A stretch of DNA of 32,000 nucleotides from Candidatus Arthromitus sp. SFB-rat-Yit. GTDB lineage: Bacteria > Bacillota > Clostridia > Clostridiales > Clostridiaceae. The stretch is taken from positions 1,440,001-1,472,000 of the forward strand of contig NC_016012.1 of assembly GCF_000283555.1 (NCBI RefSeq). The letters run 5' to 3'. The notes beneath the pieces are model-generated. The model was not told the origin of the DNA and ran no database searches. It worked only from the letters and a program-made list of their open reading frames with translations. Positions 9,764-19,111 of this stretch are shown here, piece by piece; positions within the stretch are counted from its first letter, which is position 1; each line of letters opens with the position of its first letter. A program made the translations under genes and the position numbers.

Positions 9764-10738
9764 GCCGGTTATATTCTCTCTATATATCTTCACATCATAT
9801 TTTTCCTTAACTTTCGTAAATAAAGAATCTATTGTTTCATTTATTTTATCACTCTTTAACATATCTTCTATATTTTTAGAAACTCTATCTAAATCTTGAG
9901 TCCACTCCTCAGAATTAACATTCTCAACCTTTATAATATGATATCCAAATTGAGTCTTAACAGGTCCTCTGATTTCCCCTTCTTTCATATTCTTTACTTC
10001 ATCCATAAAGTCTTTTACAAGTTGGGAATTATCGAACTCCTGATATCCTAAATATCCATCAACACTAGCACTTCCATCTTGACTATAAGTTTTTGCAAGC
10101 TTACCAAAATCTTCTCCATCATCTATCTTTGATAATACGGTATTAGCCGTATCCTCATCTGCTACAAATATATGATAAACATCAGCTCCTGCTCCCTTTA
10201 CGAATTTACTCTTATTATCATCATAATACTTCTTTATTTCACTTGAAGATATTTTCAAATTATTAGTTTCTCTATTTACAAGTTCTTCTATTATAAGAGA
10301 TATTTTGAGCTTACTTTTATAATCCTGTTCATCTTTAAATCTACTATTTATTATCGCTGTTTCAAACGCCTCATCACTTCCAAAAACGCTTCTCATATTT
10401 TCAAATTCTTCATCTACTTTTTCCTGTATACTACCATCATTAACAAGCGACTCATCCTCTGCATATTTAACTAATGCTTTTTGTTCTACATACTGTTCAA
10501 TCAAATCTAAATATACATTTTTAAAATCTTCAGATTCCTTATAATTATCTCCATACTGAGATATAAATCCATTTTTAAGACCACTATAATATTCATCCAC
10601 TTCCGTTTTAGTAATATCTTCTTTTTTGATTCTCGCAACAATATTTTGATCTTTTGGAGTGCCTCCACCACATGAAAATAAAAAACACATTGTTAATATT
10701 GGAGCTAAAACTAATGATGTAATCTTTCTAAATTTCAT
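9752..10738 (-). CDS. prsA: Peptidylprolyl isomerase lipoprotein (PrsA/SurA, parvulin type)
   Basis: Lipobox LTMCFLFSCGGG; parvulin domain ADVYHIFVADEDTA...LAKTYSQDGSASVDGYLGYQEF...GEIRGPVKTQFGYHIIKVE. Confidence 0.92.
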   Translation of the reverse strand: MKFRKITSLVLAPILTMCFLFSCGGGTPKDQNIVARIKKEDITKTEVDEYYSGLKNGFISQYGDNYKESEDFKNVYLDLIEQYVEQKALVKYAEDESLVNDGSIQEKVDEEFENMRSVFGSDEAFETAIINSRFKDEQDYKSKLKISLIIEELVNRETNNLKISSSEIKKYYDDNKSKFVKGAGADVYHIFVADEDTANTVLSKIDDGEDFGKLAKTYSQDGSASVDGYLGYQEFDNSQLVKDFMDEVKNMKEGEIRGPVKTQFGYHIIKVENVNSEEWTQDLDRVSKNIEDMLKSDKINETIDSLFTKVKEKYDVKIYRENITGKKE

Positions 10739-10768
10739 ATTATAATTCCTCCTAAGATTATAGAAGCA

Positions 10769-11791
10769 TTAAGATTTTATCTTAAGTTTCTTATCTTTAA
10801 ATAAGTTCTCAGAAAACTCAGTTACAGCTTGATTTTTCTTTTCATATAATAATGTATTTTCTATTTCAGATTTTACAGATTCAAAATCAGTATATTGATC
10901 TTCACTTTTAATATCTGTAACTTTTATTATATGATATCCAAACTGAGTTTTAACGGGATCTGATATTTCCCCATCTTTCAAATTCTTTGCACCTGCTAAA
11001 AAATCGGCATCATAGTTTTTATTATCATACTCAACAAACCCTAAGCTTCCACCTGTTTGGCTAGTTGAATCCTTATTTAATTCCTTTGCTATATCCTCAT
11101 ATTTTTCACCATTATTAAGTCTTTCTTTAACTTTCAATGCCTCTTCTTCCGTATCAACTAAAATATGATACATGTTACCACCAGCACGTGTTATGTATTT
11201 AGTATCCTTGTTATCCTCATAATATTTTTTAACTTCATCTTCATTAACAGTAACATCTTTTATAACATCATCAACTAATGAATTTATCTTTATTATATCC
11301 CTTTGTTTATTTTTATAATCTTCCTCGTCTACATAAAAAGCTTGCTTTAAAGCTGTGTTAAATTGTTCTAAGTTTATTTTATGTCCATGTCCATCATCCA
11401 CACCATTTTCTTCATCTATAAATAAAGTTTTAACTGAATGTACGGAATCTTCTATTTTGTTATTTATATCCTCTTCGGACATAAGCCCCCTTCTATCAAA
11501 TTCCTCTATTAAAATAGAATTTTGGGCATAATTTTCAGTAAAAGCTACTAGTTGATCTTTCAAATATCCAGCATCATTTTTATAATTTTCTCCGTATTTT
11601 TCAACTAAAGCATCATGAAATCCCTTAAAATAATCTTCAACCTCCCCTCTAGTTATTTTTCTTCCCTCATAAGTTGCTAAAACTTCTTTCCTTATAGCTT
11701 CCTGTGTTTTTTCTACAGTACTACACGAAGACACAGAAAAAAGAATTAAGAATGATATGCAAACCTTATTTAATATTCTGTTAAATTTCAT
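10769..11791 (-). CDS. Peptidylprolyl isomerase lipoprotein (second, tandem PrsA-like paralog)
   Basis: Lipobox LFSVSSCS; parvulin domain NMYHILVDTEEEA...GGSLGFVEYDNKN...ISDPVKTQFGYHIIKV. Confidence 0.9.
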   Translation of the reverse strand: MKFNRILNKVCISFLILFSVSSCSTVEKTQEAIRKEVLATYEGRKITRGEVEDYFKGFHDALVEKYGENYKNDAGYLKDQLVAFTENYAQNSILIEEFDRRGLMSEEDINNKIEDSVHSVKTLFIDEENGVDDGHGHKINLEQFNTALKQAFYVDEEDYKNKQRDIIKINSLVDDVIKDVTVNEDEVKKYYEDNKDTKYITRAGGNMYHILVDTEEEALKVKERLNNGEKYEDIAKELNKDSTSQTGGSLGFVEYDNKNYDADFLAGAKNLKDGEISDPVKTQFGYHIIKVTDIKSEDQYTDFESVKSEIENTLLYEKKNQAVTEFSENLFKDKKLKIKS

Positions 11792-11822
11792 TTTAAAATA
11801 TCCTCCAAATTATTAAGCTTTA

Positions 11823-13973
11823 TTATTTTTTAACATCTTTTATTAATTTTTCTAACAATTTTATAAATTCATTAATTATAACACTCTTATCATTACAATT
11901 AATTTTATAATAAAAACAAGGATTATCTCCTAAATTAAAAATAACCTCATCTTGATAATTATTATATATAAGATTAAAATGATAATCAGTTAAGAACTTT
12001 TTATCAGCATACTCAAACAAAACTTTATCGCCTATTTCTTTTATTTGAGAAAAACCTAATTTCTTTCCTAAAGCCCTTATGTACGATATCTTTATTAAAT
12101 TATCAATTTCAATAGGTATTGTAGAAAATCTATCCATAAGTTCTTCCCTTATATATGAAATATCTTTTTCATCTTCAATACACGATATTTTCTTATAAAT
12201 TTCAAGTTTTTGCATTTCATCTTCTATGTAGTTATCTTTTATATACACATCTATCTTTATATCAACAACTGTATTTATTTCTTCATGTTTTACTTCTCCT
12301 TGAATCATCTTTATAGCATCTTCAAGCATCTTACAATAAAGATCATAACCAACAACACTCATCTGACCATGTTGAGATTCTCCAATCAAATTACCAGATC
12401 CTCTAATTTCCAAATCTTTCATAGCTACTTTAAATCCAGATCCAAGTTCTGTAAAATCCTTAAGTGTCTTTAATCTTTTTTCAGCAACTTCACTCAAGAC
12501 CCTATCTTTTTTATAAGTTAAATAAGCATATGCAACTTTATTACTTCTACCAACTCTACCTCTTAACTGATATAACTGAGATAATCCAAATTTATCCGCA
12601 TTATATATAATTATAGTGTTAGCATTTTTTATATCAATCCCTGTTTCAATTATAGTTGTACAAACAAGAAAATCTATCTCTTTATCTAAAAATTTTATTA
12701 TAATATCCTCAATTTCTCTTTCTCCCATTTGCCCATGTATAACAGAAAACCTGCATTCAGGTATTAAATTTTGAAGATAAATATTCATCTTATCTATATT
12801 CTCAACACTATTATACAAGAAAAATCCTTGTCCACCTCTTGAAATTTCCTTCATAATAGCTCCCCTTATCAATTGATCACTATATTCTACAACAAAAGTT
12901 TGAACTGGATATCTATCCTCAGGCGGTGTGTCTATTACACTAATATCACGAACTCCAACCATAGACATATGGAGTGTTCTAGGTATTGGAGTCGCACTCA
13001 AACTAAGAACATCAATATTCTCTTTCATCTCTTTTATCTTTTCTTTATGTTTAACTCCAAATCTTTGTTCCTCATCTATTATCAAAAGTCCTAAATGCTT
13101 AAATTGAACATCCTTAGATAAAAGTCTATGAGTTCCTATAATTATATCAACCTCTCCAAGCTTTAATCTAGATAAGGTTTCCTTCTGTTGTTTACCCGTT
13201 CTAAATCTACTTAATACATCAACATTAAATGGAAATCCCTCAAACCTCTTTTTTATATTATTATAATGCTGTTCTACAAGAATAGTTGTTGGTACTAAAA
13301 ATGCAACCTGCCTCTTATCAACCACAGCCTTAAACATTGCCCTAAGTGCAACCTCAGTTTTTCCATATCCAACATCTCCGCACAAAAGCCTATCCATAGG
13401 TTTATCCGATTCCATATCTTTTTTAATATCTTCTATGGCTAATAATTGATCCGGAGTTTCTTCATATGGAAATTCTTGTTCAAATTGAAATTGCCATGTA
13501 CTATCTTTTGAATACGCATATCCTTTTAAAATATTTCTCTTCGCATATAACTTAACTAAATTATCTGCAATTTCATCAATAGATCTTCTAGTTTTTGTCT
13601 TTACCTTAACCCACTCGTTGCCACCTAATTTATTTAATTTTGGGCTTTTACCTTCAATTCCTATGTACTTTTGAACCAAATCAAGTTGTTCTATAGGAAC
13701 ATATAATTTATCTTTCTTTTCATACTCTATATCTAAATAATCTCTCTCAATTCCCTGAACATCTATTTTTTTAATACCTTTATATACTCCGATACCATGG
13801 TTCACATGAACTATATAATCTCCTGGCTTAAGGTCATAAAAACTTCGTATTTTAGTTACTCCTTTTTTTTGATGAAGAAAAACTCTTTTTATGTTTATTA
13901 TGTTTCTCATATCCAAAAATTTCTTGATCAGATAAAACATATAAATTGAAATCTGAAAAGTCATATCCTTCAT
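11823..13973 (-). CDS. mfd: Transcription-repair coupling factor Mfd, C-terminal part (RNAP-interacting domain, translocase, D7); frame-disrupted relative to the N-terminal ORF
   Basis: YDLKPGDYIVHVNHGIGVYKGI (RID), LCGDVGYGKTEVALRA (Walker A), IIDEEQRFGVKHKE, LSATPIPRTL, TTIIETGIDI, LRGRVGRSNKVAYAYL, DLEIRGSGNLIGESQHGQM. The first ~35-40 residues are probably an out-of-frame extension. Homology resumes near the A8 tract at 13863-13870. Confidence 0.93.
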   Translation of the reverse strand: MKDMTFQISIYMFYLIKKFLDMRNIINIKRVFLHQKKGVTKIRSFYDLKPGDYIVHVNHGIGVYKGIKKIDVQGIERDYLDIEYEKKDKLYVPIEQLDLVQKYIGIEGKSPKLNKLGGNEWVKVKTKTRRSIDEIADNLVKLYAKRNILKGYAYSKDSTWQFQFEQEFPYEETPDQLLAIEDIKKDMESDKPMDRLLCGDVGYGKTEVALRAMFKAVVDKRQVAFLVPTTILVEQHYNNIKKRFEGFPFNVDVLSRFRTGKQQKETLSRLKLGEVDIIIGTHRLLSKDVQFKHLGLLIIDEEQRFGVKHKEKIKEMKENIDVLSLSATPIPRTLHMSMVGVRDISVIDTPPEDRYPVQTFVVEYSDQLIRGAIMKEISRGGQGFFLYNSVENIDKMNIYLQNLIPECRFSVIHGQMGEREIEDIIIKFLDKEIDFLVCTTIIETGIDIKNANTIIIYNADKFGLSQLYQLRGRVGRSNKVAYAYLTYKKDRVLSEVAEKRLKTLKDFTELGSGFKVAMKDLEIRGSGNLIGESQHGQMSVVGYDLYCKMLEDAIKMIQGEVKHEEINTVVDIKIDVYIKDNYIEDEMQKLEIYKKISCIEDEKDISYIREELMDRFSTIPIEIDNLIKISYIRALGKKLGFSQIKEIGDKVLFEYADKKFLTDYHFNLIYNNYQDEVIFNLGDNPCFYYKINCNDKSVIINEFIKLLEKLIKDVKK

Positions 13974-15330
13974 TTAAATAACCACCAGATATAAACACCT
14001 TTCCATTGCAAATATTATCTAATTCATTGCATAATGTAGATTCAATTTCATATTCAAGTAAGATTTCTTTTAATTTTTTACATCTAGATTCAGATGAAGA
14101 TAGTATTATTACACAATAATCTTCACTAAGCTTGTTTTTTATTTCATTTAATATGACATTTATCCTACCATCCATCTTTACAATGTTCCTAGTTCTAAAT
14201 TCAATAATATTATTTTTATTGTAATAATTAAATAAATTAAAAGATAGATTATTTATCTTTTCAAGTTTTAATATTAAATCTTCTTTATTTATAAGAAGAT
14301 TAATTTGGTTCGGAAGAACCTCCCCTCTTAAAAGAAGCATATCAAAATTACTAATAAATCTTTCATATGAACTATCTAAACTTTCCATACATTTTTTATA
14401 CTCATCTACAAGTACAATAGAGTCATTCATAAATTCAAAAAATTCACAAAGATATTTATGTAAATAAGGTACTATAATGTTATATTCATCATAAAAATTT
14501 CCTTCTTTAAGTTTATCTAATATGAAATTAAACTTAGAACCTAACTTTTCATCAACTTCTAAATCCTTTATACATGATATATGTTCTTTAAAATCCATCT
14601 CAAGATTTTCATAAAGTTTATATTTCTCTTCATCATTTAAAATAAATTCTTTACATTGTATAATATTAATATTTTGAACAGATTCAATGCTCATTTGAGT
14701 CGTTACATTAAAACTTTTTATATTCTCTATCATATCACCAAAAAATTCAATCCTATAAGCACAAGAATAATTTATTGGAAAAACATCTATTATTCCACCC
14801 CTAACAGCATATTGCCCCTTTTGCTCAACTTTTGACACTCTATCATATCCAAGGGAAAATATATCATTTATAAATTTTTCAAATTCATATTCCATATTTT
14901 TAAATATATAAACATCTAATTTAGTTATCCTATCAGTATTTCCCATATACAAGGAAACTAAACTCTCTATTGAAGTACATATTATTTTACTTTTATTTGA
15001 ACATATTTCTCTCATCGCTATAATTCTATCAAACTTTAAATCACTCGAAAACGCCTCTACATTGTAAAAAACATTCTCTCTCTCCTGAAAATATACACAA
15101 TCATTAGTATATACTTTTATATTATCATGCATATCTTTAGCTTCATAATTACTTGGTGATATTACAAAAATTTTCTTATCTATTTTTTTAAATATACCAT
15201 ATATTACACTAGCCTTAGTAGATCTAACGAGTCCACATACATCAATTTTTCTATTATTTTCTATTGAAAATAATATATTTTTGAATTTATCAGAATTAAA
15301 AATTCTATTATTAATCCCATCTAATTTCAT
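13852..15330 (-). CDS. mfd: Transcription-repair coupling factor Mfd, N-terminal part (UvrB-homology module)
   Basis: KIFVISPSNYEAKDMHDNI...ERENVFYNVEAFSSD...RIIAMREI...YAVRGGIIDVFPINYSCAYRIEFFGDMIENIKSFNVTTQMS. Ends NLYVLSDQEIFGYEKHNKHKKSFSSSKKRSN*, exactly where full-length Mfd continues into the RID. Confidence 0.9.
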   Translation of the reverse strand: MKLDGINNRIFNSDKFKNILFSIENNRKIDVCGLVRSTKASVIYGIFKKIDKKIFVISPSNYEAKDMHDNIKVYTNDCVYFQERENVFYNVEAFSSDLKFDRIIAMREICSNKSKIICTSIESLVSLYMGNTDRITKLDVYIFKNMEYEFEKFINDIFSLGYDRVSKVEQKGQYAVRGGIIDVFPINYSCAYRIEFFGDMIENIKSFNVTTQMSIESVQNINIIQCKEFILNDEEKYKLYENLEMDFKEHISCIKDLEVDEKLGSKFNFILDKLKEGNFYDEYNIIVPYLHKYLCEFFEFMNDSIVLVDEYKKCMESLDSSYERFISNFDMLLLRGEVLPNQINLLINKEDLILKLEKINNLSFNLFNYYNKNNIIEFRTRNIVKMDGRINVILNEIKNKLSEDYCVIILSSSESRCKKLKEILLEYEIESTLCNELDNICNGKVFISGGYLNEGYDFSDFNLYVLSDQEIFGYEKHNKHKKSFSSSKKRSN

Positions 15331-15347
15331 AAAACACCGCCCATTAC

Positions 15348-15902
15348 TTAATTGAACAAATTCATAGAATTAACTATTTCTCCATTTATAATCATCCTAA
15401 CGCAAGTAGATATATCTTTATATTTATCATTTAAAATACACATCTCATCATATGTAAATTTAGATAACACATAGTCAGATAAATCAATATTTTTATTTTC
15501 TCCAATTCCTATCTTTATCCTCTTAAATTTATCTGTATTTATCTTATTAATTATATCTCTTATACCATTATGGCCGCCATGCGACCCTCTTTGCCTAACT
15601 CTAATCTTTGATATATCCAAATATATATCATCATATATAACAAGCAAATCCTCAACGTTTATTTTAAAATAATTCATGATTTCAAGTACAGCAGTTCCAC
15701 TTAAATTCATAAAAGTTTTAGGTTTCATGCACATGATCTTTTTACCTAACACAACACCCATACCATAGTACGATGTATTATTTTCTTTATTTAACTCAAT
15801 ATTAAATTCATTACAAATTTTATCAAGCATCATAAATCCAACATTATGACGAGTATTATCATACTTGATACCAATATTCCCAAGTCCAACAATTAAAAAC
15901 AT
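15348..15902 (-). CDS. pth: Peptidyl-tRNA hydrolase
   Basis: MFLIVGLGNIGIKYDNTRHNVGFMMLD, KPKTFMNLSG, DDIYLDISKIRVRQRGSHGGHNGI. Confidence 0.97.
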   Translation of the reverse strand: MFLIVGLGNIGIKYDNTRHNVGFMMLDKICNEFNIELNKENNTSYYGMGVVLGKKIMCMKPKTFMNLSGTAVLEIMNYFKINVEDLLVIYDDIYLDISKIRVRQRGSHGGHNGIRDIINKINTDKFKRIKIGIGENKNIDLSDYVLSKFTYDEMCILNDKYKDISTCVRMIINGEIVNSMNLFN

Positions 15903-15953
15903 TTAATAAAACTCCTCTAAATATCAAAATAAGGATGCAACTAATAAAATGGC

Positions 15954-16790
15954 TTAAGTTGCACCCTCTATAATATCTTGAATAATTTCTATAACATTCC
16001 CTGATGAAATATAGGTTGATTCATAATCAGATAATTTAAATTTTTCATTTAATAAGCAGCTACTTATACCAATTATTTCTCCATTTGTATTGCATATAGG
16101 TCCACCTGTATTCAAATAATTAATATGAAAATTACTTTTTATAAACTTAACCTCTTTATCCGAATTATCTTTATATAAATTTATCCCACTAACAATTCCA
16201 GGATAAATAGAATACGAATTAACTTTTCCTAAGGAATTACCTATAGAAATAACATTTAAACCGTATGATACTTCCGATAAATCCTCCTTAATATTTCCCT
16301 TAATATAATCATTACCATTTATTTTTAATAAACATATGTCATACTCCGCATTATAACCAACAACCTTTGCTTCTTTTATAAGTCCAAGAGCTGTCGGAAA
16401 TTTAACATATATTTTATAAGCATCCTTAATAGCACTAAAGTTTGTTAATATGTACCCATCTTCAGAATATATAACTCCCGTTAAATTATTCTGAACTAAA
16501 TCTTTATCATTCTTCACATAAGCACTTACGCTAACTATAGATTTGTTGACCTTATTTATAACGCTTACTATATTGTAATTATACTCACTCATAGAGTAAT
16601 TGTATCGTAGATCTTCATGCACCTTTGATAAAAGTGTATTATATATAAAAATACTTCCTGTAATTAAAATAAAAAAGGAAATTATTGCATTTATTAAAAT
16701 AACAATCAACATCCTATTAATATTCAGCATTCTTTTTTGCTTAAATATTATGTGCACCTTATCTTTACATAAATTTTCTCTATTAAACAC
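15954..16790 (-). CDS. Membrane-anchored HtrA/trypsin-like domain protein without PDZ; catalytic His and Ser replaced
   Basis: One N-terminal TM. HtrA signatures GYILTNFSAI (for GYILTNNHVV), AKVVGYNAEYDICLLKI, VISIGNSLG, GIVSGIN, INYLNTGGPICNTNGEIIGI (for INPGNSGGPL). No PDZ domain. Confidence 0.82.
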   Translation of the reverse strand: MFNRENLCKDKVHIIFKQKRMLNINRMLIVILINAIISFFILITGSIFIYNTLLSKVHEDLRYNYSMSEYNYNIVSVINKVNKSIVSVSAYVKNDKDLVQNNLTGVIYSEDGYILTNFSAIKDAYKIYVKFPTALGLIKEAKVVGYNAEYDICLLKINGNDYIKGNIKEDLSEVSYGLNVISIGNSLGKVNSYSIYPGIVSGINLYKDNSDKEVKFIKSNFHINYLNTGGPICNTNGEIIGISSCLLNEKFKLSDYESTYISSGNVIEIIQDIIEGAT

Positions 16791-16833
16791 AACAAACCCT
16801 ACCTAAAATAAAAATTTAGAAAATTTAATAACA

Positions 16834-18249
16834 TTAATTCGATAAATTCGATAACTGAAGTGTAAAAATAAAACTAACTCCTTGCTCCTTAACCCTATTT
16901 TCAACCCATATATCTTCTCTAAACTGAGATATTATATTTCTTACTATAGATAATCCAAGTCCACTACTTCCTCTTACAGTTCTAGACTTATCATTTTTAT
17001 AAAATCTTATCCAAATATTATTAAATTCATCTTCACTCAAAAGCTTAGCTGTATTAAAAATATTAACCATAGCCTTATTATTCTTTATTTTTGTAGAAAT
17101 ATTTATTCGTTTTTTATGATCACAATATTTAATGGCATTAGCAATTAAATTATTCAAAACCTGAACAAGTCTGTCTTCATCAGCAACAACATTTATAGAA
17201 CTTTGCTCAAAAAATACCTCCATGATTATATCATTTTGTTCTATTTCTTGCTCAAAATTCTTAACCGTATACTTTATAAGAGAATTTAACTCTATTATTC
17301 TAGGTCTTAATGTAAATTTACCAGACTCTATAGCATTTAAATCTAATAAATCATTTACAAGTCTAGATAATCTTTTAACTTCATCATATACAATAGTTAA
17401 TTTTTCAATATGATTTTCAGGAGATATTATACCATCTAAAATACCACTTAAAAATCCTATAATAGTTGTAAGAGGGGTTCTTAATTCATGAGATACATTA
17501 GACAAAAATTCTCTTCTATTTGAATCAATCTTATCTAACGATTCCGCCATATAATTAAAGGAATTTGATAGTTCCCCAATTTCATCATTAGAATTTATAG
17601 ATACTCGCTTGCACAGATCTCCTGACGCAAATCTTTTAGCTGTATTATTTATAATTTCTATAGGTTTAACCAATATTTTTCTCGATAATAAATAATAAAT
17701 AATGCCAATAATACTTATTAAAAAAACATACAGAACAATCATAGTGATCTTTATATCATGCAACTTAGAAGATATATATCCATCGTCCAACATCAAAGTA
17801 ATAGAACCTTTGTAAATATTTGAATTATACAAAGGTTTAATAAATTTATAAACTTTTTTTTGAATATCCTGGTCATATGCATTCGTCTTAGTTACCACAT
17901 CTTTTTCATCGATATTTATTTGTTTACCAAGTAAATTTTTATGAGCCGAATTAGAAACTAAATAAACATATCCTATAGTATCTGATATAATCAAATCAAC
18001 CCCTGAATATTTATTAAGTTTTTCAACATAATCCCACAAATATTTACTATTTTCAGCGGTTGAATTATTTATATACTCAAAAGCTAAATCGGATATTATA
18101 TTTGACTGAACCTCTAGATTATCCATAGCCGAATTAATTAAAGATGATTTATAAAACGAATAAACCAAAAATGAAAATAACATAAAAACAATAGTTGTAA
18201 CTGACAAAAAATAAAATAATATTTTATTAATAATACTATGTTTTGACAT
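16834..18249 (-). CDS. Sensor histidine kinase (extracellular sensor, HAMP, HisKA, HATPase)
   Basis: Two TM segments flanking ~150 aa, HAMP, H-box FLSNVSHELRTPLTTIIGF, N-box NLIANAIKYC, G-box GSSGLGLSIVRNI. Confidence 0.95.
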   Translation of the reverse strand: MSKHSIINKILFYFLSVTTIVFMLFSFLVYSFYKSSLINSAMDNLEVQSNIISDLAFEYINNSTAENSKYLWDYVEKLNKYSGVDLIISDTIGYVYLVSNSAHKNLLGKQINIDEKDVVTKTNAYDQDIQKKVYKFIKPLYNSNIYKGSITLMLDDGYISSKLHDIKITMIVLYVFLISIIGIIYYLLSRKILVKPIEIINNTAKRFASGDLCKRVSINSNDEIGELSNSFNYMAESLDKIDSNRREFLSNVSHELRTPLTTIIGFLSGILDGIISPENHIEKLTIVYDEVKRLSRLVNDLLDLNAIESGKFTLRPRIIELNSLIKYTVKNFEQEIEQNDIIMEVFFEQSSINVVADEDRLVQVLNNLIANAIKYCDHKKRINISTKIKNNKAMVNIFNTAKLLSEDEFNNIWIRFYKNDKSRTVRGSSGLGLSIVRNIISQFREDIWVENRVKEQGVSFIFTLQLSNLSN

Positions 18250-18935
18250 TATTTCACCTCAAATTTATATCCTACACCCCAAACTGTTTCTATTTGCCAA
18301 TTCATTCCACCATTCAACTTTTCTCTAAGCCTTTTTATATGTACATCAACTGTCCTAGAATCCCCTGGATAATCATATCCCCAAACCTCACAAAGTAAAT
18401 TTTCTCTAGTGAAAACCTTATTTCTGTTTGAAGCCAAATAATGTAATAATTCAAATTCCTTAGGTGGCATTTTTATATCATTACCCTTAAAAATAACTGT
18501 ATACGAATTTATATCTATAATCAAATCTGTAAATAAAAGACTCTCTCTTATATAATTATCTGTATTAAATCTTCGCATCACAGCCTTTATTCTAGCTAAC
18601 AACTCTTTTGGTTCAAATGGTTTAACCATATAATCATCCGCTCCAAGTTCTAGAGCTAAACATTTATCAAATAACTCACCTTTAGCTGTAAGCATTATTA
18701 TAGGAACACTCGAATCTCTTCTAATCCATTTTAAAACCTCGGTGCCATCTAAAATAGGCATCATAATATCAAGTATTACTAAATTAGGTTTATAATCTGG
18801 AAAAATTTCTTGGACTTCTCTACCATCACTGCAAGACCTTATATCATAACCAGAGTTACCTAAATACATTTTTAAAACTTCTAATATGTTAACATCATCA
18901 TCTACTATTAGAACCTTAACTGCATTTCCGTCCAT
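18249..18935 (-). CDS. OmpR/PhoB-family response regulator
   Basis: KVLIVDDDVNILEVL...LVILDIMMPILDGTEVL...VKPFEPKELLARIKAV; winged-helix GYDYPGDSRTVDVHIKRLREKL. Stop overlaps the kinase start. Confidence 0.96.
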   Translation of the reverse strand: MDGNAVKVLIVDDDVNILEVLKMYLGNSGYDIRSCSDGREVQEIFPDYKPNLVILDIMMPILDGTEVLKWIRRDSSVPIIMLTAKGELFDKCLALELGADDYMVKPFEPKELLARIKAVMRRFNTDNYIRESLLFTDLIIDINSYTVIFKGNDIKMPPKEFELLHYLASNRNKVFTRENLLCEVWGYDYPGDSRTVDVHIKRLREKLNGGMNWQIETVWGVGYKFEVK

Positions 18936-19111
18936 CTTAACACTCCCTTATTTTGTGAACATTTTTATTGTAATATATTATAAATTTTATTATTTAAAAC
19001 TCTTCTAACCGTAAACATATTTAAATTTGGTTAAATTCTATACTCTAAAAATAAAAATGCAACTAATCCTTCCTATAGTTTCCCATTTTTTTAAAAAAAT
19101 ATACTAATGAG

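Noticed and set aside
15945-15980. GCAACT/AGTTGC inverted repeat between the HtrA-like gene and pth as a terminator
   Set aside because: The arms are short (about 7 bp), the loop is long with a mismatch, and no convincing T-tract follows on the - strand; read-through into pth is likely.
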